DNA of 64,000 nucleotides from positions 57,913 to 121,912 of the forward strand of contig CALXMY010000002.1 in assembly GCA_944389595.1 (NCBI GenBank), written 5' to 3'. The translations under genes and the position numbers were made by a program. The DNA is from an uncultured Alphaproteobacteria bacterium (GTDB taxonomy: Bacteria > Pseudomonadota > Alphaproteobacteria > Rs-D84). Under the pieces are notes generated by a model, which saw only the letters and a list, made by a program, of their open reading frames with translations, searched no databases and was not told the DNA's origin. Below are positions 61,308-64,000 of this stretch, piece after piece (positions within the stretch are counted from its first letter, which is position 1; the number at the start of each line of letters is the position of its first letter).

Positions 61308-61601
61308 ATGATGCAAAAAGATTTTTATAAAAAACAGAATGTAAAATTATTAATGCGGCAACGTATATTATTACGGGCGTTTTTTGTAAATACTGTTTTA
61401 GTTTTGTTGGTATGGGGATTGACGTTTATACCGGCATTGATGTATTTTGGCGTTTTGATAACCGGACTGGCCGCACCGATGTTTTATGTTTATACAATTG
61501 GTACGTTGGCATTATGGGGATTGGGTGGCGTGATGTTTTTCCTGGTTCCGGGAATTGCCGTATGGTGGGAAAGGGTCGTTCTGATTCGTCATCACGCGTA
61601 A
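61308..61601 (+). CDS. hypothetical small membrane protein
   Basis: 97 aa with 2-3 TM helices. Confidence 0.35.
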   Translation: MMQKDFYKKQNVKLLMRQRILLRAFFVNTVLVLLVWGLTFIPALMYFGVLITGLAAPMFYVYTIGTLALWGLGGVMFFLVPGIAVWWERVVLIRHHA

Positions 61602-61934
61602 TCATTTACGGAAACTGATTTTAGCCACCGCGTCACGGCCAAAATATTTATTAATTTTATTTTTTATTTCATCCGACATATATGATAATTGTAATGTGAA
61701 TGCCGGATTTGCCGGGCGCAGTGTTATATTAAAACGTCCATCATGCATTTTTTTTATTGCAACCAATTTTGCCACATTTGCAATATCGGGGCCCATTATT
61801 TTATCCCATCGGGCGGCCAAATCAGCATCAGATGCACGGATTCCAAATATTTGCAATAATTCACCCATTGCGCTGGCGATTGTGCCGGGCCGTGCACTGC
61901 GTTTTGTGAATTTTTTATCTAGTTGGTTTGACAT
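61602..61934 (-). CDS. DUF721 (DciA-like) domain protein
   Basis: 110 aa. W..IMG..IA....LV...........ITL.P.NPAFTLQL......I..KIN..FG...V..I.F matches the DUF721 consensus as recalled. Downstream of mltA. Confidence 0.4.
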   Translation of the reverse strand: MSNQLDKKFTKRSARPGTIASAMGELLQIFGIRASDADLAARWDKIMGPDIANVAKLVAIKKMHDGRFNITLRPANPAFTLQLSYMSDEIKNKINKYFGRDAVAKISFRK

Positions 61935-63036
61935 ATGTATATTCTTTTGGCATCAAGATGTACATTTTTCCCATTGCATGCTGGCCATGGGCGAATTGAT
62001 ATGCCTCGTCCCCTTTGCCGAAAAATATGTCTGCACGAATCCAACCACGTATTGCACTGCCGGTATCCTGGGCAATCATCAGGCGGCGGAATGCGCGCCC
62101 GTCGGACAGGTTTGTTGCAACATATACCGGTAATCCCAATGTATAAATATCGTCGTCCATTGCAATTGAACGTATTTTTGACAGTGGTGTTCCCAGTTTC
62201 CCGATTACATCCGGTGGAACAGATTCATAAAAATATACATATCGCGGATTATTATAAATTACTTCGCGGGCCAATGTTGGATTTTGTTTTAAATATGTCC
62301 ATACTGCATCCGCAGAATAGCCGTTTGGTGGGCGAATGCCACGGCTGCGTAATTGTTCGCCAATTGATTTGAATGGCATATCATTTACGGCGGCAAAATT
62401 TAATTTTACCATTGTTCCGTCGTCCAATTGTAACATTCCGCTGCCCTGGATTTGAATGTTTTGAACATCAACGATGTTTGCCCAATACAAAACGCGCCCG
62501 ATTTGTTGTTCGACAATTTGTTTTTTTGCAACACCCTTGTAATTACGGCCATCGGTTGGTACGCCCATTAATGGTTCGTTGCATTGTGCGGTGCGCGTAC
62601 GGCACGCAGGAATTATTGGTGAATAATAACCGGTATATAATCCGCGGTCGCCACCATTGTCATCAAACACCTGGTACGGTTGAAAGTTTGATTCAAACCA
62701 TGCGCGGATTGTTGCCACGTCCGCCGACGCGGATGGTAACATGCGGCATTTTTCCGCAAACAGTTCGCGATCCGGAATAACACGACCGGTGTATTGTATT
62801 TTTGCCCGGCATGAATTGCGAAACGCCTGCAGTGCATAGCGCACGTCATCATCACGCCAGCCGGGTAAATCATTATATGAAACCATACGCAGATTTGACG
62901 GAATAACGGAATTATCGCCATGATGGGTTGGGGTTGACAAATCGCATGATGTTAATGTTGCCACGCACATTGCCGCCGCCATGCATCGGAATATAATTCT
63001 TTTTAACAAATCCGCCATTTTTATTATTCCCCCCAC
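61915..63036 (-). CDS. mltA: membrane-bound lytic murein transglycosylase A-like lipoprotein
   Basis: 373 aa. Signal peptide with lipobox LTSCDL. MltA-like domain organisation with a 3D-like C-terminus. Confidence 0.6.
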   Translation of the reverse strand: MGGIIKMADLLKRIIFRCMAAAMCVATLTSCDLSTPTHHGDNSVIPSNLRMVSYNDLPGWRDDDVRYALQAFRNSCRAKIQYTGRVIPDRELFAEKCRMLPSASADVATIRAWFESNFQPYQVFDDNGGDRGLYTGYYSPIIPACRTRTAQCNEPLMGVPTDGRNYKGVAKKQIVEQQIGRVLYWANIVDVQNIQIQGSGMLQLDDGTMVKLNFAAVNDMPFKSIGEQLRSRGIRPPNGYSADAVWTYLKQNPTLAREVIYNNPRYVYFYESVPPDVIGKLGTPLSKIRSIAMDDDIYTLGLPVYVATNLSDGRAFRRLMIAQDTGSAIRGWIRADIFFGKGDEAYQFAHGQHAMGKMYILMPKEYTYVKPTR

Positions 63037-63100
63037 TTGTAAAATATATTTATAATGTTATATTATCATAAAATGATGCGTAAAAAAAGGAGTAAACGCA

Positions 63101-63553
63101 ATGGCTAAATTTAATATCATAACCCAATTTTTAAAAGATTTTTCATTTGAAAGCCCGAATATGCCTGAATTATTGTTTAAAAATGACAACGGCCAGGCAA
63201 AATTAGAAATAAATATTGATATTCAAATCAAGGGCGCAGAAAATAATTTATTTATGGTGGATTTGGTTACAAAAGTGCATTCAAAATTGGAAAAAGATGA
63301 AAAATCTATATTCCTGATTGAATCAACATATTCAGGTTTGGTTCAAATGGAGGAGGAAAAAGACGAAGAGGTTAAAAAACGCACTTTATTAATCAATGTT
63401 CCGACGTTGTTATTCCCGGCGGTGCGTGCGTTGATTACGCGTATGACATCGGAATCTGGGTTCCAGCCATTGGCATTACAACCGGTTGATTTTGCAAAAC
63501 TGTACGAAGACAGACAAAAACAGGCACAGTCTGCGCCGGCAAATAATAAATAA
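63101..63553 (+). CDS. secB: protein-export chaperone SecB
   Basis: 150 aa. N-terminus ...ITQFLKDFSFESPN and an acidic C-terminal tail. Confidence 0.85.
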   Translation: MAKFNIITQFLKDFSFESPNMPELLFKNDNGQAKLEINIDIQIKGAENNLFMVDLVTKVHSKLEKDEKSIFLIESTYSGLVQMEEEKDEEVKKRTLLINVPTLLFPAVRALITRMTSESGFQPLALQPVDFAKLYEDRQKQAQSAPANNK

Positions 63554-63578
63554 TGTGTTGGTATTTTAATGAATTTAT

Positions 63579-63607
63579 GCGTGTCGAAATCGGCGCGCAT
63601 ATTTTTT
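63579..63607 (+). terminator. rho-independent terminator after secB
   Basis: GCGUGUCG-aaau-CGGCGCGC hairpin (two G-U pairs) followed by ATATTTTTTAT. Confidence 0.6.
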
Positions 63608-63662
63608 ATTTGTAACGAGTGGCTGGCGGCCAAGCAATTTTTATGGTATAATGTAACCCACT

Positions 63663-64000
63663 ATGGCACGGGATAAATATCTTTATGTGAAAAATGGCGT
63701 TAGCGGTTTTTCGTTCGCAAATTTGGGGTTGTTTACCGGGTTTGCGGACGGTATTTATAATGCCGTGTATTCATTGGTTTTAATGGAAATTTTTGCAAAT
63801 TCCGCAATTGTTGGTGTGTATGTCGCGATTTATGCGGCGTTTTGTATGGGGGTTGGGTTATTTGCAAATGAAATTTTGCGCCGCTTTTCCAAAGTGCGCG
63901 TGTTTTATTTTGTTATGCTGATGTTGGCCGTATGTTATGCGATGATGAGTTTTTCAATCCGGCCCAGTACATTTGTTATATTGGATTATACCACGGGTAT
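63663..64000 (+). CDS. polytopic membrane protein (possible transporter), 5' partial in window
   Basis: Open to the window end. Strongly hydrophobic multi-TM N-terminus. A TATAAT lies at about 63645. Confidence 0.4.
   Translation, partial: MARDKYLYVKNGVSGFSFANLGLFTGFADGIYNAVYSLVLMEIFANSAIVGVYVAIYAAFCMGVGLFANEILRRFSKVRVFYFVMLMLAVCYAMMSFSIRPSTFVILDYTTG

Overview
This 64-kb window is a moderately AT-rich chromosome from a Gram-negative, probably proteobacterial and possibly host-associated bacterium. Lol, Lpx, LpoA-like and Slam-like genes support the Gram-negative call. It is densely packed with housekeeping genes: lpxK-lpxC, gyrB, ung, aspS, uvrB, tsaE, a fragment of the dcw cell-division cluster (ftsQ-ftsA), lolC/lolD, rsmI, engB, xth, mnmE, ruvA, ruvC, yebC, mltA and secB. 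There are four tRNA genes: CAU (Met/Ile2), Thr-GGU, Gly-UCC and Tyr-GUA.

The clearest accessory region is an integrase-bounded island at about 16.6-22.6 kb. It abuts tRNA-Thr, and its large serine recombinase gene overlaps the tRNA 3' end. The island carries small membrane or secreted proteins and a strongly AT-rich three-gene cassette: a GHKL (RsbW/SpoIIAB-like) ATPase with an N-terminal STAS-like domain, a small STAS-like (DUF4325-like) protein, and a membrane protein. This cassette is the best candidate for an undescribed conflict or signalling system.

Other notable features:
- An orphan four-gene type-IV-filament core operon (L-like, M-like, GspE-type ATPase, GspF-type platform) at 3.4-8.1 kb, with no secretin, pilin or prepilin peptidase in the window.
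- A duplicated two-gene module (39.7-42.2 kb) encoding paralogous Cys-motif proteins that share a GC..FTDM signature.
- Two large proteins with eukaryote-like EGF or ephrin-receptor-like cysteine repeats (50.7-52.0 kb and 55.2-56.1 kb).
- An in-frame ftsA-rpe fusion with no ftsZ after ftsA.
- Direct repeats of tRNA 3' ends downstream of tRNA-Gly and tRNA-Tyr, which look like integration scars.

No rRNA, CRISPR or IS element was seen.
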